Shown here: positions 45,548-56,800 of the stretch, in pieces | Layout: each line of letters starts with the position of its first letter | Numbering within the stretch: the first letter of the stretch is position 1 | From: Diplonema japonicum | Lineage: Eukaryota > Protista > Euglenozoa: Diplonemea | Length of the DNA: 64,000 nt | NCBI GenBank assembly: GCA_964019335.1 | Contig: OZ025650.1 | Coordinates: 682,001 to 746,000, forward strand | Direction: 5' to 3' | Program-made: the position numbers and the translations under genes | The notes under the pieces: model-generated | What the model was told of the DNA's origin: nothing | Databases searched by the model: none | What the model saw: the letters and a program-made list of their open reading frames with translations, nothing else

Positions 45548-47536
45548 ATGTCGATCAAATTAAAATACGCGTTTAAGAAGGAAATACGCATGATGACAGT
45601 GAAGGAGGCCCTCCCCTTCGAGAGTCTTGTCAAAACTCTGAAGGAAAACACAGAGCAGATGATGAAGAAGGACTCGGTCCTGAAGGGGAAAAAACTGATC
45701 ATAAGATATCTAGACGAGGATTTGGTGACTGTCATAAACCAAGCAGACTGGGACGAGTGCAAGATATACTACAGAGAGGACCTCGCACCGAACGGGCAAA
45801 AATTGAAACTTTTTGTCGAGTATGAAAACTCAGGCTTCACTCTTGAAGAGCAGCTTCCTCCCACATGGTCGCCAAACACTGTACAGGTTCCTGCTACGAC
45901 AAATATTTCATTCACGAACGCAAGTGGGGTTGTGACGAAATCACCTCATCTTGCCCCGGCAGATGTCGACTCTGGGTACCCAACTGAAACAATTCAGGGC
46001 TGGGTGAAGGGGAATTTAATAGGAAAAGGAGCAAATTCCGAGGTTTTTTTCGGGATGAACAAACACACAGCGAAATTCTTCGCAGCAAAACAGGCCATCG
46101 TCGACAAGAGGGACCCGGAACATACCACGAAGATCAAATCGCTTCAGAAGGAAATAGAACTGATGTCGAAACTCAACCACCCACACATTGTAAGATACCT
46201 TGGATCCGAACTGACGAGCGGGATGTTTTCCATCTTTCTTGAATACGTCCCTGGGGGGTCTATCGCCTCGCTTCTTTTAAGGTTCGGGAGCTTTCATGAA
46301 AAGGTGGTCCGATTGTACACGAAACAAATCCTGTTCGGTTTGAAATTCCTTCACAACAATAGCATCCTGCACCGGGACATCAAGGGCGGCAACATACTTG
46401 TGTCGGACAAGGGTCAGATCAAACTTGCCGACTTCGGATGCTCGAAAAAGGTAGCTGTCGACTCAACAGGAACTCAAACATTACGAGGGACCGCTCTCTG
46501 GATGGCTCCTGAGGTCATCCGTCATTCCATCTACGGAGAAGCAAGCGACATGTGGGGCGTGGGATGCACTGTTGTGGAGATGGCGACTGGCAAGCCACCA
46601 TGGATGCAAGACAATGTTTTCGAATCTGAGATTCAAGCTATGTACCATATTGCACAGTCGGGAAGCCACCCAAGGATCCCAGCACACTTATCGAAAAACG
46701 CGAAGGATTTCCTACGACTCTCGTTCACGATGGATCCCAAGAAGCGATCAACCGCCGACGATTCCCTCCGCCACGCCTTCATCACCGACGAGTGTGTCGA
46801 TATCAACAATATAGGGAAATCGCCAGACACTACTGTTGAAAGCCTTCCCGAGGTTGTTGACCCACTGTGGGAAGCGTCCTCTTCGAACCATTCTTTGAAT
46901 TGGAACAATGTGACAAGCTGTTCGTACAAGGTAGGTGCCATCACGGAATCGACGGACCCCGACTCTTCACCATCGTCGTCGAGCAGTGGCATTGTCAGGG
47001 ACCAATCTGTTTTGTTAGATTATTTGCAAAAATCTACAAGGAGGACATTGTTGGAAAATCAGATAGAACGTGAGGAGGTGGAGGCACCTTTAACTGACGA
47101 TGATCCTATCCCGCCAATGAAGCCTCCCAAGTCACCTGGGACGCCGTGCAGCAGGAACGGTTGCAGCTCTGTTCGTCGGTTTTCTGCTTCTGAGGTCTCG
47201 TCCAATGGTACCAGCCGTTCTCTGTCGCAGATTGTCGCGGAACAAGAAGAGCAACTTGCGGCAGTTCCCGTAAAACCCGTTAAAGCAAATTCCCCCCGCA
47301 GGACAACATCTGTTTCGAAGGCAAAGCCCTGTAAGACTTCTGCATCTGCGCCTGCTGCACGTACCACGAAGGCATCTGCTGTTGGTAAAACCCGTGTTTC
47401 GATGCCGGTGTTAAAAGATGTTTCCACAGAGTCCCCAACCACCACCCGGAAAACATCCCAGGGCGGCCGCAGGCACTCGCAGCCTAAGAACGTTGAATAC
47501 TCACAAATGCTGGTTGATCCACAAGTCTTTTCTTGA
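45548..47536 (+). CDS. STE11-family MAP kinase kinase kinase with N-terminal PB1 domain
   Basis: PB1: MSIKLKYAFKKEIR...IRYLDEDLVTVINQADW. Kinase: WVKGNLIGKGANSEV, FLEYVPGGSI, HRDIKGGNILV, DFG, GTALWMAPE, EMATGKPPW. Confidence 0.92.
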   Translation: MSIKLKYAFKKEIRMMTVKEALPFESLVKTLKENTEQMMKKDSVLKGKKLIIRYLDEDLVTVINQADWDECKIYYREDLAPNGQKLKLFVEYENSGFTLEEQLPPTWSPNTVQVPATTNISFTNASGVVTKSPHLAPADVDSGYPTETIQGWVKGNLIGKGANSEVFFGMNKHTAKFFAAKQAIVDKRDPEHTTKIKSLQKEIELMSKLNHPHIVRYLGSELTSGMFSIFLEYVPGGSIASLLLRFGSFHEKVVRLYTKQILFGLKFLHNNSILHRDIKGGNILVSDKGQIKLADFGCSKKVAVDSTGTQTLRGTALWMAPEVIRHSIYGEASDMWGVGCTVVEMATGKPPWMQDNVFESEIQAMYHIAQSGSHPRIPAHLSKNAKDFLRLSFTMDPKKRSTADDSLRHAFITDECVDINNIGKSPDTTVESLPEVVDPLWEASSSNHSLNWNNVTSCSYKVGAITESTDPDSSPSSSSSGIVRDQSVLLDYLQKSTRRTLLENQIEREEVEAPLTDDDPIPPMKPPKSPGTPCSRNGCSSVRRFSASEVSSNGTSRSLSQIVAEQEEQLAAVPVKPVKANSPRRTTSVSKAKPCKTSASAPAARTTKASAVGKTRVSMPVLKDVSTESPTTTRKTSQGGRRHSQPKNVEYSQMLVDPQVFS

Positions 47537-48929
47537 TGTGATTTTTTTTTTTTTTTTTTTTCTCTGGGTGGTGGGGATAACATGGAAATATAAGAAGTAC
47601 ATCAGATGTGTTGTTCGCTGTTGACCTCCTCGTCGGTCATCACCGGTAGCGCCCGAGTGGAAGAATGTAACGCAGATGCTCAGGGTGACGAACAGGCAGC
47701 AAACTGCACGAGCGCAGAATCTTGGTTACCCGGGACGCCCCGGCTAGGGTTGAGCACACCGCACGCATTAAGGACACGACGCGGAACGCAGAAGAAGCTA
47801 CTGCTCGGCCGAGGAGCGCCCCCCTGTAATCAAGTAGTTCGTGCTTCATTGCACGCTTAACGCCACCTAGTGTTGCAATCAAAGCCCCATTTTTTTTTTT
47901 TTTTTTGTTACTCCCTAGCCCCTCAAGAAAAATGGTCGGAAAAAAAAAATAAAGGGTGGGTGGGGGGAAATATCTAGATTGCGAACCGAGTTTCCCTTTC
48001 CTCTCCTTTTTTTTTTTCTTTCCGATTTTTTTTTATTCTTTTCTATATTCGTTTTTCTATTTACAATGTTGATGGACCAAGGGAGTTTTTTTTTTTTTTT
48101 TTTCCTTTTTTCCTTTTTTCCTTTTTTCTTTTGCTATGTTTTAGTGCTTGTTTGCTATTCTCGTTTTTTTTTAAGGGGGGAGTCCTCTTACTAACACCTC
48201 TCCCAGCTCTTTTTCTTTCGGCTTAACCCTTTTAGTAACCAAGCCAAAAACGCCAGGTACACAAAAAAGCATCAATCCATACTAGAAGCAGAAGCTACCA
48301 GGATTAGTCAACACAAGCATACGGTCTAGTTATGCCTGGTAATTATTTATTTGAACTCCTCTTTTGACAAAGAGAGAGGATGTTTCACTTTCCCATTTAT
48401 ATTTAAGAGGAAAAGGCTTTTTCATGCCTTCCTTCCGTTTTCCCTCTTTCATCAGCCTGCCTTTCTCAATGGAAGTGGGGGGGGTCTCTTTTTTTCTTTT
48501 TGTTCCCCCCCCCTTTTTCCCCCCTTTCAGTGTTTTTTTCCAGATCGGCTATTTTCAAAAAAAAAAAAAACTGTTTACACTGCAGTTTCCTTCTGGTGCT
48601 TCGATCTGTAGTCCCACCTATCTATCTATGGAACACCACAGGCTGGCGGCTCTTGCAAGCAATCTCAATGCATCTTCGAAGAAAGCACTAGAAGAGCACC
48701 CATGCCTCCTTTCGGGAAGAAATTGCCAAAGCAAAACCCGTCACTTGGAAAAACACTGCCTCCCCCCCCCCCTTATTCTTCTCCTACCCCGTTTAAACCC
48801 GTCCTCACAATTTCACCAGTTTTCTTCTCCCTTGTGTAAAGGGGAAATGTTATTTTTTTTTTCTTCTTCTTTTTTTTACCCCGCCATTTTCTCTTCTAAC
48901 CTTAGTTCTTGAAGACAAAGAAAAGAAGG

Positions 48930-49544
48930 ATGCCTGGAACCACCACTTACGCAGAAATACATAGAAAAGAAGCCAAGGCAAAGTGGGTGCTGAAAGAAGT
49001 TGCCGGTGAGAAAGGCCCAGAGGTATGTGAATGCTTAGGGAAGATGAGGATACGAGGAAAGGCGGTGGGGGTAGCGTGGGAGGTTGCTGGGGACGGGTTC
49101 GTGGAGGAGGTGCTCGGGATGAAGAAAGAATTTGTAGACAAGGTGAACAGGAGCATCGTGCTGTCGGGGTTGGCGGGTGAGCTGCCCTTGGCTTTGTACC
49201 ACGAGCCGCTGTGTTCTGTGTGCGGGAAGCTGGCCACATACGAGTGTCCTCACTGTGCTTCGGAGCTTAACGGACCTACCTCCTTGTTTGTCTGTTCCCA
49301 ACCTTGCCTCTCCGCAGCATGGCCGGCTCACTACCCGACCCACGACCCTCGCACAAAATTCTGCAAAAGATTCAAAAGAACCACTTCTTTCTCCCGCCTC
49401 GCGTCATCTGCGTCCGCAGCCATCACAGCCCGACTGCACCTTATTGCTATGGCGTGTCTGGTGGTCCCGTTTTGCGTGTATTTCTATACATTCTGGACGC
49501 GGAAGTACTTCGGGTGGGGTGTAAATGTCTTGTTGCAGCTCTGA
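48930..49544 (+). CDS. MYND-type zinc finger protein with C-terminal hydrophobic segment
   Basis: CSVCGKLATYECPHC...VCSQPCLSAAWPAHYPTH; hydrophobic helix near the C-terminus. Confidence 0.75.
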   Translation: MPGTTTYAEIHRKEAKAKWVLKEVAGEKGPEVCECLGKMRIRGKAVGVAWEVAGDGFVEEVLGMKKEFVDKVNRSIVLSGLAGELPLALYHEPLCSVCGKLATYECPHCASELNGPTSLFVCSQPCLSAAWPAHYPTHDPRTKFCKRFKRTTSFSRLASSASAAITARLHLIAMACLVVPFCVYFYTFWTRKYFGWGVNVLLQL

Positions 49545-49627
49545 AACAAGAAAAATTTCGTTCCTTTCTTTCTTTTCTCTTTCACCCCCATTCCAGAGAA
49601 CAAAAGAAAAAGAAAAAGAAAAAAAAA

Positions 49628-50611
49628 ATGTCGCGAATGGGCCGTAGAATGATGTCGTTCGGTGCTGGTGGGCTTCTGGCGACGGGCTGTGGCATCTACG
49701 CCATCAGCGCGAAGGAGAAGAGGAGTTATATGGTGTACGCGGCACCCGGAATGGAAGAGATGGCGCTGAAGCTGGTGAGGTCTGAGCCTGGAGTGCATAG
49801 ATACATGCCCATACAGTGGGGGAAGAATGAGGATGGATCTGACAATGTGAATGTGCAGGGGATTCAGAATGGCGAGGTGCTGAATGAGAACGTGTTGTTT
49901 CTTGCAGCACTGACGGACAACGAGTCTGTCCTGATGCAGTACCACGCCATGTCTGCCTTGTGCGGGGCTGTTGTGAACTCGATGACGGTGGTTGCCCCCT
50001 ACATGCCGGGGACCTCCTCTGGAGACGCCTCGAACACAGCACAACTCCTTTCTTCGCTTCCCAACTGCGGCACGCCGCACCGCATCATCTCCTACGATAC
50101 TGTCATGTCGTGCGGGTCGGGTGCCAAGGCGGATGTCAAGTCCGTTGCTCCTGTGATTGCATCGCTCATGAAGGAGAAGAAATTCAACTGTATTGCCTTC
50201 CCGTCCTCGGAGGCCTCTGGTGTCTACAAGGAAGCGTTGCACCTTGCAGGGTCGAAACACAGCGTTGTTCGCTGCGACAGAAAATCCGACGAAATCATTG
50301 CCGCCAAGACCACCGTAGAGGTCCTTGAAGGCTCGCCCAAAGGCATGCACGTGCTCCTCGTCGACACCGTCCTCCAGAAGAACAACAAGAACCTCTCCGA
50401 AGTCTCCGAAGCGCTGCTCAACAAGGGCGCTCTTTCCGTCTCTGTTTTCTGCACGCACGCGCTTCCCACTCACGACTGGGCTGCCTACAACGACTCCACC
50501 ATCTCCAAGGTGTACGTCTCGAACTCACACTCTGCGACAAAAACCTCCATCCCTAAATCCCCCAAATTCGAGGTCGTTGATATGCATCAGGTTGTCTTCA
50601 AGGACATCTAG
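49628..50611 (+). CDS. ribose-phosphate pyrophosphokinase (class II PRS)-like protein, catalytically degenerate
   Basis: Overall PRS layout: IQWGKNEDG, VLFLA, MTVVAPY, IAFP, EGSPKGMHVLLVD, GALSVSVFCTHA, VYVSNSH. Key motifs are altered. Confidence 0.75.
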   Translation: MSRMGRRMMSFGAGGLLATGCGIYAISAKEKRSYMVYAAPGMEEMALKLVRSEPGVHRYMPIQWGKNEDGSDNVNVQGIQNGEVLNENVLFLAALTDNESVLMQYHAMSALCGAVVNSMTVVAPYMPGTSSGDASNTAQLLSSLPNCGTPHRIISYDTVMSCGSGAKADVKSVAPVIASLMKEKKFNCIAFPSSEASGVYKEALHLAGSKHSVVRCDRKSDEIIAAKTTVEVLEGSPKGMHVLLVDTVLQKNNKNLSEVSEALLNKGALSVSVFCTHALPTHDWAAYNDSTISKVYVSNSHSATKTSIPKSPKFEVVDMHQVVFKDI

Positions 50612-50845
50612 AGTATCCCCCCCTCGTAGAGGTAGTAAAGTTGTTGCTTTAACTCTGAAAGTGTTCTTTTTTTGGGTTTCTTCTGGCGTCTTCTTTTTGC
50701 TTTTATATTTTTTCACCCCCCCTACTTTTTTCTTTGCCAACCCCTCCCGCCCTGCGACCGACAATACCCCTCCATATTTTATAGTATTGCCAATATTTTT
50801 TTTCCATTAATCACTGTGTTGTAATAAACCTCAAAGGAGGGGTAG

Positions 50846-53800
50846 ATGCCCGCGGACAAACAGAGCTCAGGGGTATGGGATCTTGGAGGGAGGAGCATCT
50901 CACCGTCGAGGGGGGCCACGCCCCTGACTGGTGGGAGGTACTCAAGCAGGGGAGGAGAGAACCCTTTTCAAACAGGGCAAAACCGTAGGAGTGACGAAGG
51001 GATGCACGGGGGTATCGATCCCCTGAGGATGTCCGAAATGAATGACCGAGACCAACTGATGAAGTCACAACTGCGTGCGAAGCATCTCCTGATGGAGGAG
51101 CAGAACGACGAGATCTCAGCGTTGAAGTCCCACTGCGACATGTTGACGAGGGCTCTCGAGACAAAAGACGAGGAAGCTTCGATTCTTCAGCAGGCCATTG
51201 AACAAGTGAACAACAGCCATATGTCCGCCCTTGGTGGACAGACGCCACAACAGCTCCAAGATGAAATCCAAAGACTCGAGGCACTCTTACGAACATCCCA
51301 CACGCAAGGCAAGCGGCTCTACGACGATTACCAACGTCTGCAGCAGGATCACGAAGACCGTCTTTCCTATGTAGAAGAGGCAGAGGATAACATCCAGAAG
51401 CTCCAGGACGCACTTCAGAAAGCTATCGAGCAAAAGAACGCTATTCAACACCAGCCGCCCCCGCTTCCTGTTAAGACCCCTGCTGTCGAGGTCGTGCAAC
51501 CCCAAGTTGAACCTCCTGAGCAGCACCGTCCCTCTGAACCCCCTACCCTCCTCAGTTTCTCGCCTCCTCACAAAAGCAAAGGAGGTCCACGTGCTCCGCC
51601 CTCACTCTCATCGCGTCAAAAGACTGCTAACTCTGCCCCCAGCAGCCGTTCTTCGACGCCCACCGCGCAAAAGGGGAAACACGAGAACGCCGAGCTCCGC
51701 GACCTTCGCGAGAATATGAAACGTGCCACCCAGCAGCTCATGGACTACGCGGACAAGCTGCGGAAGCTGGAAGAAGAGAACGACAGACTTAGGCAGGAGC
51801 AGGACACAAACGAAGCGAGCATCAGGACCCTCCCTGTTACCCGACGAGACGCACCTCAGATGGATGATCTGGTGAGGAAGAACAACGATCTAATGCTAGA
51901 GCTCAAGAGGTTGAAGAAGAGGCGCACCACCCCCGACACGCTGGCAGAAAGCTACATTAAGGAACTAGAGGACGAGATCGAGAAATTGAAGACCATTGAT
52001 CATGGGAGGGTGAACCCTGCCCTCGTTGCGAGGAACGAAGACCTCACAAGAGAGAACAACAAGCTGCATGCTGAACTCCAAGCCCTTGCTGGTGGCAGCA
52101 GACGTGGCTCGATCACACCTACAATGGGCCATGTGGATCCACACAACCAAAAGCTAGCGCTTGCTAACGGTAAGGTCGCAGAACTTCTTGACGAGATCAG
52201 CAACCTGCAGATGAGGAGGCCAAGTCACAGCTCGCAAGGAACAGACTACACACCCGAGCTGCTTGACGAGGTGAACAGACTGCGTGGTGAGCTTGCTTCA
52301 TTGGGCCAGAATGACGAAAGGCTTGCAGCCGCCAACAACAGGATCAAGGAACTCTTCGATGAGAATGACAGGATTCATGCTGAGAACAAGGCGCTTAACA
52401 GAAATTTGGTCGAAACACCGACAGACGGCAGACGCGCTTCTGTCACCCCTACGAGAAGTCATGCAGTGCCACAAGACTATCGTCTTGAGGCAGCTGATGA
52501 AAAGATTCGTGAGCTGCTGGCTGAGATTGCAGACTTGCAGATGAGGAGATCAAGCCACGGCTCACGGGGGTCTGACTACACACCCGAACTAATTGACGAG
52601 GTGACCAGGTTACGCAACGAGCTTGCCTCCCTCGGCCAGAGCAATGCAAGGCTTGCAGCTGCCGATGATAAAATCAAGGAGCTTTTTGACAAGAACGACA
52701 TTCTCGCGGCGGAGAACAAGTCACTCAAGATGCCGCGGCCCCGTTTAGCTGCCGACGATCAGATCCGAGACGTGCTTGACGACGTCGAGAAGCTGCTTCT
52801 GAAGAACCCAGGGTCAAGGCGCAGTTCGCAAGGCGAGGACGACACTCCGCGGTTGCTCGACGAAGTGAACAGGCTGCGCAACGATATTGCAAAACTTCCG
52901 AAATCCAGCCCGCGTAACGGCACAAAGCTCAAGGAGCTTGAAGATGAAAACAGAAAACTCAAATCGCAACTGAGGTCTGACCCTTCTGGTCCACGGGACC
53001 GACTTGCTGCAGCTGATGCAAAGATAGAGGAGCTGCTCGACGATATAGCGAACTTAAAAAAGCCCAGCCATGTCCCACAAGGAATTGATTACACACCTCA
53101 ACTGCTTGATGAAGTTAACAGGCTACGTGGTGACCTGGCCAAGCTGTCGACAGCCGGTAACGATCCACAAGCCAATGCTAGATTGAAAGAACTGGCTGAT
53201 GAAAATAGTAAACTAAAGTCGCAGCTAAGATCTGCTCTCGGTGACACTGGTGACAAGGTGAAGGAACTGCTGGAGGACATCGCAAACTTAAGGAGACCCA
53301 GCAGCAAGTCCGAAGACACTCCTAAGCTTCTTGATGAAATCAACAAGCTGCGTGGTGAAGTTACAAAGGTGGCCAACCCTGTTGTTCCACAGGACCGTCG
53401 CCTTGTTGCAGCTGACAATAAAATAAGACAGCTGCTGGATGACATCGAAAATATGAAAAAACCCAGCTCTGGCCACAGCACACATGGTCCTGATTACACA
53501 CCTGAGTTGCTTGACGAAGTTAACAGGCTGCGTGACGAACTGGCCAAGCTAGGCCGCCCACGAAATGACGACAAAAAGCTAAATGTTCTGTCTGACGAAA
53601 ACAGCAGATTGAGGGCTGAGAATGCTGCCCTGCGCAGCGGACAAGTGCCAGGGGACGACCACAGTAGACGCCTTGCTGCAGCTGATGATAAGATACGAGA
53701 GCTTCTCGATGATATCGCCAACCTTAAGGCAAGACCAGAGTACGGATCGCAGGGGACCGACTATACGCCTGAGCTGCTTGACGAGGTGAACAGGCTACGT

Positions 53801-56800
53801 GGTGAGCTTGCTAGACTCGCGCCCACAGATGCCAGGATGAAAGACTTGGTCGACGAAGTTAACAGACTACGGGCAGAGAACCAGGCAATGATAGTACCTG
53901 CTGAGGAGCAAGACCATAGGCTCTTAATGGCTGACGACAAAATTAGAGAACTCCTTGACGAAGTGGCGAATTTGAAGGTGAAAAAAGCGAAGAAGGTGTA
54001 CCCTGATGAACTGGTGAAGGAGAACGACGACCTGCGCAGCGAGATTAAGAAGCTGAAGAATAGGAGATCCTCGCAGCCAGTCGAGCAGGCCTACGACCCG
54101 AGAGTAGGCAGCGCTGACGACAAGATAAGAGATCTCCTCGACGAAATCCGCAAGCTCAAAGCGAGCAGGCGCCCTAGCGACTCTGATGACAAAAAGGTTG
54201 TGGCACAAAACAAGAAACTCCGTGAGGAACTAACCAGGCTCATGGATCCGTACAGTCGGGTCGCCGTGGACCCCAAGCTTGAAAAGTATATAGGCGAGCT
54301 TAAAGCAGAAAACGAACAGCTGAGGAGGAACCGACCTGGTCCTGCTGGGAGGGACCAATACGTCAGGGACCTTGAGGACGAGATCGAGAAATTGAAGACC
54401 ATTGATCATGGGAGGGTGAACCCTGCCCTCGTTGCGAGGAACGAAGACCTCACAAGAGAGAACAACAAGCTGCATGCTGAACTCCAAGCCCTTGCTGGTG
54501 GCAGCAGACGTGGCTCGATCACACCTACAATGGGCCATGTGGATCCACACAACCAAAAGCTAGCGCTTGCTAACGGTAAGGTCGCAGAACTTCTTGACGA
54601 GATCAGCAACCTGCAGGTGAGGAGGCCAAGTCACAGCTCGCAAGGAACAGACTACACACCCGAGCTGCTTGACGAGGTGAACAGACTGCGTGGTGAGCTT
54701 GCTTCATTGGGCCAGAATGACGAAAGGCTTGCAGCCGCCAACAACAGGATCAAGGAACTCTTCGATGAGAATGACAGGATTCATGCTGAGAACAAGGCGC
54801 TTAACAGAAAACCGGTCGGAACACCAACAAGAAGCCACCCAGTGCCGCAGGATCACCGCCTCGAGGCTGCAGACGACAGAATCAGAGAACTGCTTCATGA
54901 AATTTCTGACTTGAAGATGAGGAGGCCCAGTCACAGTTCACAGGGTTCGGATAACGTGCCTGAGTTGCTCGACGAGGTGAACAGGCTGCGCAGGGAGCTT
55001 GCTAGACTGAACAGTCCGTCGAATGTCCAAACAGTTCCTCAAGACCGACGCGTGGAGGCTGCAGATCGCAAGATAAAGGAATTGCTGGATGACATTGCAG
55101 AACTGAAAAAGAGGAGGCCCAGTCACAGCTCGCAAGGGACCGACTACACTGAGTTGCTCGACGAGGTTGACAGGCTGCGTGGTGAGCTTGCTACCTTCAG
55201 CCAGAATGATAAGGGCCTCGCAAAAGCCAACAATAGGATCAAAGAGCTTTTTGATGAGAACGACAGGATTCATGCTGAGAACAAGGCACTCAGAGCAAGG
55301 AGCACCCCGACGCAGGTGCCGCAAGACCACCGTCTGCAGGCGGCAAACGATAGAATACAAGATCTGCTTGCAGAGATCGCGGACCTGAAGAGGAGGCCGA
55401 GCCACAGCTCGCAAACGTCAGAGTACATCCCCGACTTGCTTGATGAGGTGAATAGGTTGCGCAAGGAGCTTGCCAGGTTTTCAACCCCACACTCACGTAG
55501 CGGACGGACTCCTTCGAAAGTACACATGGAAGATGAGAACACGCTGAATGCTGAGATGCAGACACCAACGAGGGCTCAGGACATCCGCCTCATCGCAGCT
55601 GACGAAAAGATTCGTCAACTACTTGATGAAAACGCAAGTTTGAAGAGAAGGCCAAGCTACGGATCGCAAGGAACGAACCAGAGCACCCCTTCGAGGGGGC
55701 ACGAAGCGGAACGTCTTGCAGCAGCTGATGATAAGATCAGAGAGCTATTGAACGAGAATGCCAGACTGAAAGGAACAGCTGCCAAGCCTGTGAAGGACCA
55801 GCGAGAGGCCGAGACGTTGCGCAGAGAGAACGATCATCTAAGAAGCCTACTGAAGAAAAACTCGCAGCCGTGGCCTAGCAAGCATGAGCCCCTAGAGACA
55901 GACGAGGATGTGAGGAGGCTCCTTGACGAAGTCGACGAATTGAGGAAAAGGCTGATTAATAAGAACAGCGATCCTCCTGCGCACCTAGCAGAACAGAACA
56001 GAAGGCTGGCTGATGAGAACTTGCACCTGAGAAACCTCCTCCGGAGGCCTGAGAACGCTGGGAGCAGCGCACAAGCAGGGAAGTTCGTCGACGACACAGT
56101 GGACGAGCTTCACGGTGAAGTAGCTCACCTGAAGAATCTGCTTGCTGGAAGGAACTCTCAGGAAGTAAACCCTGCCTTGCTGGAGCGCAATAAGCAGCTA
56201 GTTAACGAGAACAACAACCTTCGCGAGCAGCTCTTGATGCAGCCGCGTCCATGGGGCAGTGAGGGCATGGTGAGGACGCAGGAGCTAGCTGAGATCGAGG
56301 ACCTGAAGAACAGACTGAGGCAGAACGAAATGTCCGACGGGCAGAAAATGAAAGATTTGGAGCTTGAGAACCAGATGTTGCGCAACAAGCTGATCGAAGG
56401 TCCACGAAGATCACATGAGGAGGGGTTGCAGTCCTTGATAGAACGGCTGCAAGAGGAGAACGCCGCACTGAGAAATGTTGGACCTTCGAGATCGTCTACT
56501 TACGCGTCTGATGTGCCTGCTTTACTTGATGAGATCAGTGAGCTGAGGGGGCTGTTGGAGGCGAGGGGGGACCACGCACCCCATCTTACAGAGCAAAATC
56601 GACAGCTTGCAGAGGAAAATACGCATTTAAGACAGATGCTGCAGAACCCACAGCGTACCTCTTCCGACGACTTCGGGAGGGTGCCGTCGGTGTCGGTAAA
56701 TGATGTCAACCCTGCTTTGCTAGAGAGGAACAGGCAGCTTGTGGACGAGAACAACATGCTGCGGGACACGTTGGGCTCGCCAAGGAGGTCGCAAAGTGTG

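Noticed and set aside
48222-48240. TTAACCCTTT resembling a piggyBac end
   Set aside because: No matching opposite terminus or transposase nearby.
51968-54810. CRISPR-like or mobile-element interpretation of the repeats
   Set aside because: They are in-frame coding repeats of a eukaryotic coiled-coil protein. No CRISPR array, tRNA or rRNA was recognised in the window.
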